Shown piece by piece: positions 29,894 to 39,669 of a stretch of DNA of 61,922 nt. Made by a program: the position numbers and the translations under genes. The stretch is from Candidatus Pacearchaeota archaeon (lineage in GTDB: Archaea > Nanobdellota > Nanobdellia > Pacearchaeales > GW2011-AR1), in NCBI GenBank assembly GCA_002688415.1, contig NZCX01000010.1, forward strand, positions 1 through 61,922, read 5' to 3'. Numbering within the stretch: position 1 is the stretch's first letter; the number at the start of each line of letters is the position of its first letter. The notes under the pieces were generated by a model. It was not told the origin of the DNA. It ran no database searches and saw only the letters and a program-made list of their open reading frames with translations.

Positions 29894-30076
29894 CTAATCT
29901 TGTATAGATTTCTCTTCTTCTTGTTTTGATAGTTCTTCTGTCATTTTTCGTTGAATTTTTCTTAATACTTGTTGTGCATGGCTTTGGCTAACCTTCACAG
30001 AGATTTCAGAAAAATTTCTTAAGGCTTCTCTGGAGGTAAGAGTTCCCTTTGCCATGTCTATACAAACCATACACAT
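29894..30076 (-). CDS. Hypothetical protein
   Basis: Start set at ATG 30076 (MCMVC) right after the upstream stop. Confidence 0.45.
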   Translation of the reverse strand: MCMVCIDMAKGTLTSREALRNFSEISVKVSQSHAQQVLRKIQRKMTEELSKQEEEKSIQD

Positions 30077-30077
30077 G

Positions 30078-30527
30078 CTAAAATCCAAAGAACTTGGCAA
30101 CCTTATTCCCAAAGGTAACCTTTTGCTTCTTGCCTGTGGGCTTGTCTTCTTTTGCTGTTTGAATAACAATTTCTTCTGTTAAGACTAGTTCTTCTGCTAT
30201 TGGATTTACTATAGGAAGCGGAGCTATTTTCTTTTTAACAGGTAGAGTTCCATTCTCTTTCATCATCCAGTATCTTAGACCTTCACAAACTTCATCTTCT
30301 TCTGCAGAAGGTTGAGTTGTGAGAACCGATCTAAATAAACTAAGATCTGGATTTGTTTTCATTAGTTCTCGTGCTTTAATCTTTCTAACTTTTTGATCGC
30401 TTCCATCAGATGAGCCCCAGATATCTAAGATTGATTCGTACTCTTCATTTACTTTTTTTAATTCTAGATAGAAATTCTTTTTGATTTTTCTTCTAGGAAT
30501 ATAAATTTCTTCCTCATTTTTTGACAT
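30078..30527 (-). CDS. Hypothetical protein
   Basis: ORF; SD GAGGA. Confidence 0.5.
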   Translation of the reverse strand: MSKNEEEIYIPRRKIKKNFYLELKKVNEEYESILDIWGSSDGSDQKVRKIKARELMKTNPDLSLFRSVLTTQPSAEEDEVCEGLRYWMMKENGTLPVKKKIAPLPIVNPIAEELVLTEEIVIQTAKEDKPTGKKQKVTFGNKVAKFFGF

Positions 30528-30576
30528 TTTAATAGGGTTCCTCGTTTATATTTTTGGATTTTTGTCTTAAAAAATA

Positions 30577-30607
30577 ATTTTCAATTTTACCCCCTATGGG
30601 GGTTTTA
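30577..30607 (-). promoter_or_regulatory. Hairpin plus AAAATTGAAAAT element, copy 1
   Basis: + strand ATTTTCAATTTT-ACCCCC-TAT-GGGGGT-TTTA; same arrangement at 40890-40920. Confidence 0.45.
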
Positions 30608-30826
30608 TTTTTCCATCTCAATAGACAATAAAATTGTTGAAGTGGATGCGATCTCTTTTCTGTCAATAGAAGGACTCTTATTGCTATCTACTTCCAACCA
30701 TTTTTGAGAATTAATTGTTCCAAGATTAATATTTGCACTTGGATCATTTCTTAAAATAACAGCCTTAACTGCATCTACTAACTCTTCATAAGTGATTTCG
30801 TAAGTATATGTTGTATACTTTTTCAT
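30605..30826 (-). CDS. Hypothetical protein
   Basis: ORF. Confidence 0.5.
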   Translation of the reverse strand: MKKYTTYTYEITYEELVDAVKAVILRNDPSANINLGTINSQKWLEVDSNKSPSIDRKEIASTSTILLSIEMEK

Positions 30827-30834
30827 AACTAATC

Positions 30835-31044
30835 CTATTCGAAATTGTTTTCGAGTGAGTACAAAATATCCTCAGCGTGAGCTAATTCTTCTGCAAACTC
30901 CGCGATGGTATCCAATACATTGGGATGATCTGCTACCCCAACAGGAGCCTTCATAAATACCTGCATATTTGCTAATGCTTGTAGCTTTTTTGCTTCATAT
31001 CGTGCTCTCAATGCTTGATACATCGGGTTGTTCGATAAATCCAT
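30835..31044 (-). CDS. Hypothetical protein
   Basis: Start at ATG 31044 after SD AAGGAG; PVGVADHP motif. Confidence 0.55.
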   Translation of the reverse strand: MDLSNNPMYQALRARYEAKKLQALANMQVFMKAPVGVADHPNVLDTIAEFAEELAHAEDILYSLENNFE

Positions 31045-32062
31045 CGTTTTCTCCTTGAACAGGAACAAATGTTCCTTCCAGTATTTGTTTAATCTCTAGA
31101 TATACATCGGGATTTTCTTGCAAGTAAATAGAGGTCTTTCCTTTGCCTTGACCAATATTATCTCCTTTGTAAGAGAACCATGCCCCTGCCTTTTTGATGA
31201 TACCTTCATTAGCAGCGCAATCGATAAGGTCTGAATACCTATCAATTCCTAAGCCATATTGTATGGTAAACATTGCATCACGGAAAGGAGGGGCCACTTT
31301 GTTTTTTACTACTCTGGCCCTTGTGACATTGCCTACAAATTCAATATCTTTTCCTGTACCTTCTTTGAGTTTCTCTACTCTTCTAACATCTACGCGTTGA
31401 CTTGCATAGTATTTCAAAGACTCTCCACCCGAAGTAGTTTCAGGGCTACCGAACATGACACCAATCTTCATACGGATCTGGTTAATGAAGATGATTGTAG
31501 TTTCATTAGCATGAGATGTTGGAGCGAGCATACGCATTGCTTGGCTCATCAGTCTTGACTGCCTTCCTACGTGGTTGGCTCCTATCTCTCCATCTACTTC
31601 TGCTTTCGGAGTTAATGCGGCAACCGAATCAATAACAATCAAATCTAGAGAACCACTCTTAATAAGTTCTTGTGTAACTTGAAGTGCTGCTTCTCCGTGG
31701 TCAGGTTGAGAAAAGATCAAGGCTTCGGTATCGATTCCGATAGACTCTGCATAGACAGGATCAAAAGCGTGCTCCATATCAATAAAAGCAGCATAGCCCC
31801 CTGTTTTTTGAATTTCAGCGATTGCATGTAATGCAAGAGTCGTTTTACCACTTGATTCTGGACCATAAATTTCAACGATTCTTCCCTTTGCCCAGCCCCC
31901 ACCAAGAGCCTTGTCTAAGCTGTAACATCCTGAAGAAAGTTTTTCGATTCTAGGAATGTCATTGTCACCAAAGATAACTGAACCAACACCAATAGTGTTA
32001 TTGATATTTTTGATTGCAATCTTAAGTGCTTCTTCTTTACCTAAAGTTAATTTTTTAGCCAT
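30995..32062 (-). CDS. recA: RecA recombinase
   Basis: GRIVEIYGPESSGKTT, IVIDSVAAL, FINQIRMKIGVMFGSPETTSGG..LKYYAS, KNKVAPPF; start set at ATG 32062. Confidence 0.97.
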   Translation of the reverse strand: MAKKLTLGKEEALKIAIKNINNTIGVGSVIFGDNDIPRIEKLSSGCYSLDKALGGGWAKGRIVEIYGPESSGKTTLALHAIAEIQKTGGYAAFIDMEHAFDPVYAESIGIDTEALIFSQPDHGEAALQVTQELIKSGSLDLIVIDSVAALTPKAEVDGEIGANHVGRQSRLMSQAMRMLAPTSHANETTIIFINQIRMKIGVMFGSPETTSGGESLKYYASQRVDVRRVEKLKEGTGKDIEFVGNVTRARVVKNKVAPPFRDAMFTIQYGLGIDRYSDLIDCAANEGIIKKAGAWFSYKGDNIGQGKGKTSIYLQENPDVYLEIKQILEGTFVPVQGENDGFIEQPDVSSIESTI

Positions 32063-32402
32063 TATTTTTTCTTTCAATTTGTGAAAAACGCTCACGCATT
32101 TTTCTTCTTAACCACTCTATATCGATATCGACTAATTGTAATAAATGGGTGGGGGAAACGATTTGATTCCCCCAATTAATATAATATCTATCACTAAATA
32201 TAAAATCTCTTGCAGTTTCCCAAGTATATTGAAGCGCAGAAGTCTTGCTGTTGTAAAGTGATAGATAATCTCTTGAAGTTTGTTCAATCACTTTTAATAT
32301 AACAAGTCTACATTCTTCAGTGTTAGGAGAATAATCAGATAGATAAAATTCTATCCCTTTGTATTCATAAGTTTTATCATATCTATCTTTAAGAAGGGAC
32401 AC
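32055..32402 (-). CDS. Hypothetical protein (GTG start)
   Basis: ORF overlapping the recA start. Confidence 0.5.
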   Translation of the reverse strand: MSLLKDRYDKTYEYKGIEFYLSDYSPNTEECRLVILKVIEQTSRDYLSLYNSKTSALQYTWETARDFIFSDRYYINWGNQIVSPTHLLQLVDIDIEWLRRKMRERFSQIERKNNG

Positions 32403-32422
32403 TCCCGCCCTAAGGCGGGAGT
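32401..32422. terminator. GC-rich hairpin (terminator or translational attenuator)
   Basis: ACTCCCGCC-CTAA-GGCGGGAGT, perfect 9-bp stem. Confidence 0.5.
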
Positions 32423-32433
32423 TTAATGAATAA

Positions 32434-32874
32434 TTATTCTGTTGCTACAGGAGGTTCCACCATAGTTTCCTCTGGTGTAACAGTAGAAGCTGTAGTACCT
32501 AACGCGCCATCTAACCTTTGTGCAATTGCAGCAACAGCTCGACCTACTTCGTGAAGTAGTCGATCACCAGACATTTGCTGGTCATCGTAAACTCGATTGA
32601 CTTTACGACTAGCATGTTGGTGAATACCTAGTAATTCTACTAGGCCTTTGTTCAGTCCGAAGAGTTCGAACACGAAACGATCTTCTTGAGTGAGACCGAC
32701 AACATATCCGATTTTTAGATCCTCTAGAGCTACGGAGGTTCCAGAGGTTCCCTCTTCTACTGAAGCTGCCTCTGCTGCTTCTGTTGCAACTTGCGCTGCA
32801 GCTTCTACTGTTTCTGTAACAGTGTCTTTGGTTGATGACTTTTTTGTGCGTTTATTTTTCTTAGTAGTTGACAT
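32434..32874 (-). CDS. Hypothetical protein
   Basis: Start at ATG 32874 after SD AAAGGA. Confidence 0.55.
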   Translation of the reverse strand: MSTTKKNKRTKKSSTKDTVTETVEAAAQVATEAAEAASVEEGTSGTSVALEDLKIGYVVGLTQEDRFVFELFGLNKGLVELLGIHQHASRKVNRVYDDQQMSGDRLLHEVGRAVAAIAQRLDGALGTTASTVTPEETMVEPPVATE

Positions 32875-32915
32875 ATTTTTTCCTTTGTTCATTAATTCAT
32901 AATGAATGTACTGGG

Positions 32916-33491
32916 TTATAACATTTTTCTTGTAATATTATCAAGAAATTTCTCATTATTGAGAGATTTTAATTCTGTTGCTATATTCATGCTAGCATTT
33001 TCAATCAATTTTCTGCAAGTAGAAAGGTGATCTAAAATATCTTTCCAGAATTTGCTCTCAATATCAGCAATAGTTTGAGCAGAGTCAAGGTCTTCATTGT
33101 CTACTCTTGCCATTGTTTCTAATGTAGCTGCAGCAGGAAGTTTCTTTCTCTCGCTTTTATATTGTTGTACAATAGTCCAGAACTTATCATTATACGCAGC
33201 AGTTGTTCCACGTTTAATAATTTGTGCCTTAGCTGTTGCAATTGCCTGAAAGAAAGCTGCTTCTTGATTCAATTGAATTAAACGCATAGATAACTCCTTG
33301 CACAGGCTTGGAGTTAAATTATCTGTAGGGATATTAATTTTAAAATGTTTTTCCCAGTGATCCATTGGCTTTCCATTGATCAGTAATTGTTCTCTCATAT
33401 TATCTGCGAAAATTTGATGAACTTGTTTTCCTGTTGTCAGTTTGGTTAAAAGAATTTGAGCCTTTTCATTTGCAGTATGTTCTGTTGACAT
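32916..33491 (-). CDS. Hypothetical helical protein
   Basis: ORF. Confidence 0.55.
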   Translation of the reverse strand: MSTEHTANEKAQILLTKLTTGKQVHQIFADNMREQLLINGKPMDHWEKHFKINIPTDNLTPSLCKELSMRLIQLNQEAAFFQAIATAKAQIIKRGTTAAYNDKFWTIVQQYKSERKKLPAAATLETMARVDNEDLDSAQTIADIESKFWKDILDHLSTCRKLIENASMNIATELKSLNNEKFLDNITRKML

Positions 33492-33952
33492 TAGATTTCC
33501 TTTAAAATTTCTTCATAACGATCTTCGTTTGGAATGGTTCTCTTATTCCTTAGTTCATCGAGATCTTTTAAGTCAAGCTTATTGTCAGCAGCAAAGTGAA
33601 TACTTCGATCTAGTGATATTTCAAATGGATTAACCCACCAAAGACCTTCTAGTTCTACATCAGTAAGGTCTTCTCCAATTCTTAAGAAATAAAAATCAGC
33701 TTGAGGGTCATTTCCAGGTAAATCACATATAAATTTCATAACATTACTTACACTGTCATAAGTTTCATACCATTTGATAGAATGCCAATGAAATAAAATA
33801 CCATTTTCATCATCTCGGTCTTCAAATTCTGTAGATATTTGACACCAATTATCAAATAACTCTCTTGAATCAGGATGAAAGACTACTTTTTCTAAAAAAC
33901 TTTTAATGTGCTTGGCTTTCAAAGCAAGTGCTACTTGACTTCTATACCCCAT
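33491..33952 (-). CDS. Hypothetical phage protein
   Basis: Start MGYRSQV at 33952; WHSIKWY and FLRIGED..D motifs; C-terminal RYEEI. Confidence 0.55.
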   Translation of the reverse strand: MGYRSQVALALKAKHIKSFLEKVVFHPDSRELFDNWCQISTEFEDRDDENGILFHWHSIKWYETYDSVSNVMKFICDLPGNDPQADFYFLRIGEDLTDVELEGLWWVNPFEISLDRSIHFAADNKLDLKDLDELRNKRTIPNEDRYEEILKEI

Positions 33953-34220
33953 CAGTATTTTCCTCTTTAAAGATAGGAAGCTCATCAACAAAATCACAAG
34001 TGGGGTCATCAACTACAGCATGCCATGTTAGTAATTTGACCCCACAATCTGGTTGAAGGAGCTTTTCCTCTTCTGCATAATCTACTATATTTAATACAGT
34101 ATTCTGAACTTCATTTGCAATTTCAGTATTTTCACTGCAGAGATCCTTGCCAATGATATCTTCTGGATCTGTATAATATACGTCAACCATCAATCGAACT
34201 TTATAAATTTTTTCAGTCAT
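33942..34220 (-). CDS. Hypothetical protein
   Basis: Coupled ORF. Confidence 0.5.
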   Translation of the reverse strand: MTEKIYKVRLMVDVYYTDPEDIIGKDLCSENTEIANEVQNTVLNIVDYAEEEKLLQPDCGVKLLTWHAVVDDPTCDFVDELPIFKEENTDGV

Positions 34221-35332
34221 AATATATCCTTAAGTATGTCTTTAGTTATCTGTCCTACTCTTGTTGTTGATAACTGAATTAAATCTTCTTCTGATTTATT
34301 ATAGTCATCAACTAAATGACAAGGAGTATCTGTAAAATCATATAGCTTTCTTGCTGTTCTTATATTCTGCAATATGGCCCCTGTAGTCAAGCCAATACGT
34401 TTGGAGATACTCTTATCTCCATAAGCACAGCCAGTGACTGATCCATTTGGCCAGATTTGAAACCTAGATATGTTTGAAGAACATCCATAACCTGTGGCAT
34501 TAAATTTCTCTACGTCTTTTAGGCAGCCATCTATATGTATTTTGTTTTTGATAGAGGTGGGGAGTTTTTTAGATAACTCTTGGATATAAAACCTGTCGCT
34601 TGCAATATTTCTTTGACTTGTTTTTATTTCTTTTGAAGTTCTTGCTTTTCCTATAGGATCCTTGTAAATTACAAGGTAAATGTGATCAACAATATCATTA
34701 ATATCTATTAAATGTTGTAAGTACTTATTGATATTGTTTTTATTGACATTTCTAGGAATTAAATAGTTATAATTTACAGGAGTTTCTTTTCTGATTTCTG
34801 CTAAAAGATTCCTAGTAACACTATTGTTAGTTAGTTGACTAAAGTTAATCATATCAAGAAGATGACCTGGAAGAGCTAAACTCTTCCAGGTATCTTCCAT
34901 ATGAAAAGATTCCCGATACCATTCGCTGTTGCGTTTGGCGCTATCAACATAAGAGAGATAGGTATTTAAAGTATGGAAAGTCATATGCATTTTGGGTAAC
35001 ATCTTGTTAGCTACCCTTGCTTCTTTGGTAAGGTTAAAAACCTTATCATACAAGCCAAGCATATGATTCCTATGTCTTCTTTGAGTAGGGAGATCGTCTA
35101 TGGCAATGGTAATCTCATTAGCCCAAGCAAGTTCACCTTCACAGAATGTTTTAATTACGGCAAATTGTTCTGTGAAGGGGGTTACTAGGTCTTGTAAATG
35201 CTGTTCTCCTTCAGCATTTCTTTCTTTAACGTAACATCCCTTACATTTTCTCGCGCACCAAGGGGTAGGCTGTAGAAAAAGAGTGTGAACTTCTACTCTT
35301 GAAGAAAGTGTGTTGATAATCGGTAATCTCAT
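34217..35332 (-). CDS. Radical SAM-like protein
   Basis: CARKCKGCY (CxxxCxxC); C-terminal GCSS...IWPNGSVTGC resembling SPASM/twitch. Confidence 0.7.
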   Translation of the reverse strand: MRLPIINTLSSRVEVHTLFLQPTPWCARKCKGCYVKERNAEGEQHLQDLVTPFTEQFAVIKTFCEGELAWANEITIAIDDLPTQRRHRNHMLGLYDKVFNLTKEARVANKMLPKMHMTFHTLNTYLSYVDSAKRNSEWYRESFHMEDTWKSLALPGHLLDMINFSQLTNNSVTRNLLAEIRKETPVNYNYLIPRNVNKNNINKYLQHLIDINDIVDHIYLVIYKDPIGKARTSKEIKTSQRNIASDRFYIQELSKKLPTSIKNKIHIDGCLKDVEKFNATGYGCSSNISRFQIWPNGSVTGCAYGDKSISKRIGLTTGAILQNIRTARKLYDFTDTPCHLVDDYNKSEEDLIQLSTTRVGQITKDILKDIL

Positions 35333-35345
35333 TTTATCATCTCTC

Positions 35346-36299
35346 TTAAATTAAATTATGCCATCTTGAATCCTTGATATCCTCCTGAATGAATTCAGAA
35401 TCTTTATTAAAAGGATCTTCAGGCATAATAAGACCATCCCTAACAATTAAAGCAACAAATACATTCCACATTCTATGCCCTCTTTGTATTTTATATACAA
35501 ATTCATGCTCTGCTGAAGCCCTCATTTGATCTTTTACAAAAATTGCTGAATTAAAACTATGGAAAGCTGGTTCATGATAAGTACTACGGTAAGCATTTGA
35601 TACTAAGTATGTTTTAGGATAAAGCATACCTTTTTCTACTCCAAAATTACTTAAATAAATTAAATGATTTTGTTGAGATACTATATAAATATTACTTGTT
35701 GGGAATACTTCTCTGATCTTTTGAATTTTCATTTTAATTTCTTCAAAATTCATTTTTTGAATATAATTAAAATGATCTAAAGACACCATAAAGTTATTTT
35801 TTTCTTCTATATAATAAGCAGAAATGCATTCTCGTATAAAATTCCCAATAAACTGGAGGTCTCTACATTTTTTTATACTGAATGTTTTAAAAAATATTTT
35901 TTTATCAGATCCTGTTTGACATTCTTTTACTAACTTGTCTTCCAATGTAAATGCCATCGGTGGCAAGTCACGCAGGATTGGTTTTTCTTTTTCTTTTTCC
36001 TCTAAATAATTTTCATGATTTATAGCAGGGTAAACATGAGAATTAAGCTCAATAGAAGAGGGTAAATCTGTTAGTCCTCTGTAGATGGCACTCTTATAAG
36101 GGAGATCCATCCCAAAGTAAGGGAAACAAGGCTCGTTTCGATAATGGCTCTCAGGTTCGTAGTTGTGGTTAGAAATTAATGAAAAAATATTTTCTTCAAG
36201 TTCAGAAGATAAATTAAAAGATGATAAATATAATTCTAATTGTTCTTCTGTTGGGAGCTTTTTTGCATCAAAATTAGTACGAATATTAGGAACTCTCAT
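35346..36299 (-). CDS. Hypothetical protein
   Basis: 317-aa ORF; C-terminal RWHNL. Confidence 0.6.
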   Translation of the reverse strand: MRVPNIRTNFDAKKLPTEEQLELYLSSFNLSSELEENIFSLISNHNYEPESHYRNEPCFPYFGMDLPYKSAIYRGLTDLPSSIELNSHVYPAINHENYLEEKEKEKPILRDLPPMAFTLEDKLVKECQTGSDKKIFFKTFSIKKCRDLQFIGNFIRECISAYYIEEKNNFMVSLDHFNYIQKMNFEEIKMKIQKIREVFPTSNIYIVSQQNHLIYLSNFGVEKGMLYPKTYLVSNAYRSTYHEPAFHSFNSAIFVKDQMRASAEHEFVYKIQRGHRMWNVFVALIVRDGLIMPEDPFNKDSEFIQEDIKDSRWHNLI

Positions 36300-36316
36300 A
36301 TCTTACCTAAAAATCT

Positions 36317-36342
36317 TAGCCCCCCGCTTTTACGGGGGGCTA
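36317..36342 (-). terminator. Probable intrinsic terminator after the AAA module
   Basis: Perfect 10-bp stem TAGCCCCCCG/CGGGGGGCTA, followed on the - strand by AGATTTTT. Confidence 0.6.
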
Positions 36343-36348
36343 GTAGAT

Positions 36349-36627
36349 TCAATTTGAGGAATAAACCATATCTTTTACGGTTTCAATTGCATTTCGGAAA
36401 TCTCTAATATTTCCTTCAAGCTTGCCGTTAATGTAATTCATTACAACTCCCTGAACCTCAGGGGTTTTATCAAAATGAAAGCGTTTAACTTTCCCTTGAT
36501 GTCCTTCTTTAGTCACTTCTGTGACTTGAAATTCTTGAGAGATAAGCACCGCAGTTGTATAAAAATCTGTTGTGCTGTATCCGTTCTCTGTATTTTCCAA
36601 TACGAGTTCTTGAAGCTCTCTTCCCAT
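36349..36627 (-). CDS. DUF5659-like protein
   Basis: YSTTDFYTTAVL...F.FD...YING.L....F. Confidence 0.5.
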   Translation of the reverse strand: MGRELQELVLENTENGYSTTDFYTTAVLISQEFQVTEVTKEGHQGKVKRFHFDKTPEVQGVVMNYINGKLEGNIRDFRNAIETVKDMVYSSN

Positions 36628-36827
36628 TATTCATCTCCTTCCATATTATTGATATAATCTGGCAAAGTTTCAGGAACACAATATTCTTCAGTGTATTGTG
36701 TCTCTACTTCTTCATTATCAGCTACTAAAGCCTTTGTGATGTCTGTGCATTTTGTTCCCATAACTCCTTCAACCTCGTAGGTTACTTCGTGAGTTTCAGG
36801 ATTGATTTTAACGATTACTTTTGACAT
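36627..36827 (-). CDS. DUF2997-like protein
   Basis: V.VKI.P...V..EVEG..G.KC..IT.AL. Confidence 0.7.
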   Translation of the reverse strand: MSKVIVKINPETHEVTYEVEGVMGTKCTDITKALVADNEEVETQYTEEYCVPETLPDYINNMEGDE

Positions 36828-36845
36828 TTAATTTTCCTTTTAATC

Positions 36846-37253
36846 TCATGAATAACGTTCGAAGTTGATAGTAATCAAACCATCTTCTCCGATTTCTGCT
36901 TTTTCATTTTCAGTACAGAAGAAGTTTTGTTCTTCTAGGTTTGTGAAGGCTTCTTCAACAGCATAAGCTGTCGAAAGATCCTTTACAAATTTTTCATTAC
37001 GGCCATAGTAACCTTTAAGTTTTCTGTCACCTGAATGCCAGAAGTCTCCAACCATAGCATATGTTCCGTCTTTTTGACGAGCAAGACCAACAGCGTCATC
37101 AATTCTTAATTGAGCTGCCTCTGTTGTTCCGTATTGAGTGATAGTAAAATCACCTTCTTGGGCTTCAAATCCCATTCTTTTCAGTGCCTTACGAATAACT
37201 GATTGGTTATTTAATTTTGTTTTAACTGTAGTCCAATGACTCATATCATCCAT
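36846..37253 (-). CDS. DUF1257 (Ycf35-like) protein
   Basis: MSH.T.VKT......I.KAL..MGF; DG.Y.MV.D.W. Confidence 0.7.
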   Translation of the reverse strand: MDDMSHWTTVKTKLNNQSVIRKALKRMGFEAQEGDFTITQYGTTEAAQLRIDDAVGLARQKDGTYAMVGDFWHSGDRKLKGYYGRNEKFVKDLSTAYAVEEAFTNLEEQNFFCTENEKAEIGEDGLITINFERYS

Positions 37254-37261
37254 CCTTTGTA

Positions 37262-39061
37262 TTAAAGATCTGAGAATCTACTATCTACTGCATCTTTAGT
37301 TGATTTTGATTCTTCTTTTTTAGTCTGTTTGAAAACACCAACATCGTCAATAGCGTCATCAATATTTAATTTTTTTCCAGAAGCTGTTTTAACTGCCTTC
37401 TTTTTATTTTGTTTTGCTTCCTGCATTGCATAAGAGCTAGCGAATCGGAAAGAACCTCTTGCTTTATCTCTAAGTTTCTTGACTTTTTCTGCCATCACCC
37501 TAGAGATTGGCTTAGTATCCGTAATCGCTCCTAAAAGATTTTTGATAGTTAAATCTTTTTTATCTTGATAAAATGAGGCTGCAATTCCATCTTTGATTGC
37601 TTTTTCAATCTCTGCTCCTGTAAATCCATCAGTAACAGAAACTAAGACCTTCTTGTGTTGTTCAAATTTGGAGATATCTCTACCTCTTTTAGATAAATGA
37701 ATCCCAAAGATATCCCAACGTTCATCTGGTCCGGGAAGATCTACAAAGAATACCTCATTAAAACGTCTGATAAACTCCGGAGGAAGCATTGTGATGTCAT
37801 TTGCAGTGGCAATGATAGTTACCCCTTCCATTCCATCTTGCATCGCTGTAAGGAGCGTTCCGAAGACCCTAGCAAGGGTACCACCATCAGAAAAGTTACT
37901 AGATTTAGTACCACTTAGAGACTTCTCAACTTCATCAATCCACAAGACACAAGGAGACATAGCCTCTGCTTGCTTGATGACATCTCTCATCTTAGATTCA
38001 GAGCCACCAACAAGTCCAGTCATGACCTTGCCGACATCCAGTCTAAGCAAAGGTACCTGCCAAAGCCGTCCGATAGCCTTAGCAAGAAGTGATTTCCCAG
38101 TTCCAGGAACTCCAGTTAATAGAACTCCTTTTAATGGTTCAACTCCAAAGGCCTTAGCTTCGGGTGTATAAGCTCTAGAATATTTTCCAAGATAGTCTTT
38201 AATCATATCAAGACCACCAACATCATCCATTGCTACTGGAGCATGAATAAATTCAAGAATCTCAGATTTTCTGAGTAACTGCTTCTTATCCATAAGCAAT
38301 TTATCAGCATCCAACTTGTTCATGTGGGTAATTGATGTTGAAATAGCATTATCAATCTCAATTAAGGTTAAGCCTTGTAATGCTTTAACAAATCCTTGGA
38401 TATCATTGATATCATAATCAAGTTTTGTATACTTTTTCTTTCCTCTAGTGCTAGTATTCATATGACTAACAACTTCAGTGATATGCTCTTCGATTACATT
38501 CTTTGTTGGAAGCTCATATCTAACGACCGAAGTTTGTTTTTCAAGTGTTGGTGGAATGCCAGCACGATTACCTCCAGCTCCATGAGCTAGTAAGGGGCTA
38601 AGGATTATCAGTGTTTTCCCTGTTCCAATCAGATGCTCATACATGTCTCTGATTTGTCTTGGAATTGGTTCACCAAGAACAGTATGAAAATCCCTCATAA
38701 TAAAACAAGTACCTTTGCTGTCACTTGTTCTATGCATCTCACAGATTCTTTTTAAAGCTTTCTGTGGATTCCAGGTTCCGTCATCTTCTCCTGAAGCACG
38801 TTCTGTAGATAATTGCTGGTCTTGTCTGATTAACCCCTGATAAGCAGACCAAAGCCAAACATCTCTTTTACATGGAGTTGCAATTGCCTCCATGAAATCA
38901 TTGATAAATCTATTCTCTTCGTGAGTTAAAACCCAGATGATAGGGGCTCTTCCCCTAATCAATGCAAGAATTTCTTCCATTGCATTCTTATAGTTAGGTT
39001 GTTTTTCCTCTATAGGAAGAACTTCTGGTTCGGAAGTTTCTGAAGTAATAATTTCTGACAT
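37262..39061 (-). CDS. Ycf46-like AAA+ ATPase
   Basis: T.EE.R, DVGG...K, KGVLLTG.PGTGKS, LRLD.G....LVG.SE, CVLWIDE.EK, ATAN....PPE..RRF.E.FFVDLP, FTGAEIE. Confidence 0.85.
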   Translation of the reverse strand: MSEIITSETSEPEVLPIEEKQPNYKNAMEEILALIRGRAPIIWVLTHEENRFINDFMEAIATPCKRDVWLWSAYQGLIRQDQQLSTERASGEDDGTWNPQKALKRICEMHRTSDSKGTCFIMRDFHTVLGEPIPRQIRDMYEHLIGTGKTLIILSPLLAHGAGGNRAGIPPTLEKQTSVVRYELPTKNVIEEHITEVVSHMNTSTRGKKKYTKLDYDINDIQGFVKALQGLTLIEIDNAISTSITHMNKLDADKLLMDKKQLLRKSEILEFIHAPVAMDDVGGLDMIKDYLGKYSRAYTPEAKAFGVEPLKGVLLTGVPGTGKSLLAKAIGRLWQVPLLRLDVGKVMTGLVGGSESKMRDVIKQAEAMSPCVLWIDEVEKSLSGTKSSNFSDGGTLARVFGTLLTAMQDGMEGVTIIATANDITMLPPEFIRRFNEVFFVDLPGPDERWDIFGIHLSKRGRDISKFEQHKKVLVSVTDGFTGAEIEKAIKDGIAASFYQDKKDLTIKNLLGAITDTKPISRVMAEKVKKLRDKARGSFRFASSYAMQEAKQNKKKAVKTASGKKLNIDDAIDDVGVFKQTKKEESKSTKDAVDSRFSDL

Positions 39062-39065
39062 ATTT

Positions 39066-39668
39066 CTAATCCTTTGTTTCTATATCTTTGTTCGAATAAA
39101 CGATCATCCACTCATTTATATTTAGAATGTCCATTGCATATCTTAAGGCATAAAGTTCTGCAAAAGTAATGTTTATATCTGTTTCACTTGGTTCTGGTTG
39201 AATGGATATTTGAATAGTTTTTCCATTTTTTGTTGTTGATATCCATTTGTTGATATTCTTTTGAACAAGTGTCTGTTCTAAAATTTTTAAATCTTTTAGA
39301 TCTGTATCTGGAACAGGATCTATTAGATTTGTTTCAGAAACAGTATCAACTGTGTTCTTATTTTCAATGATATCTTTCAATAGCATTAGTTTTTTAAAAG
39401 CAGATTGTCTTGAAGATTCGTTTTCTTCTTTTTGATATAGGGATTTTATCTCTGGGAGAAAAATAGATTCTCTTGTAGAGATATCCTTTGCAAGACGAGA
39501 GGCTTTTGATCCAAATAGAAAAACAATACTATCTTTTGTATCTTCTAGATTGATATCATAATATCTAAGGTCTTTAATAACTACATACTCTTCAGTTATT
39601 ACCTTCGTTATTTTACGAACAAGTTCAAAATCTCTTTCTTGAAATCCTACACCATAAGCTTTAAACAT
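39066..39668 (-). CDS. Hypothetical protein
   Basis: ORF. Confidence 0.55.
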   Translation of the reverse strand: MFKAYGVGFQERDFELVRKITKVITEEYVVIKDLRYYDINLEDTKDSIVFLFGSKASRLAKDISTRESIFLPEIKSLYQKEENESSRQSAFKKLMLLKDIIENKNTVDTVSETNLIDPVPDTDLKDLKILEQTLVQKNINKWISTTKNGKTIQISIQPEPSETDINITFAELYALRYAMDILNINEWMIVYSNKDIETKD

Positions 39669-39669
39669 T

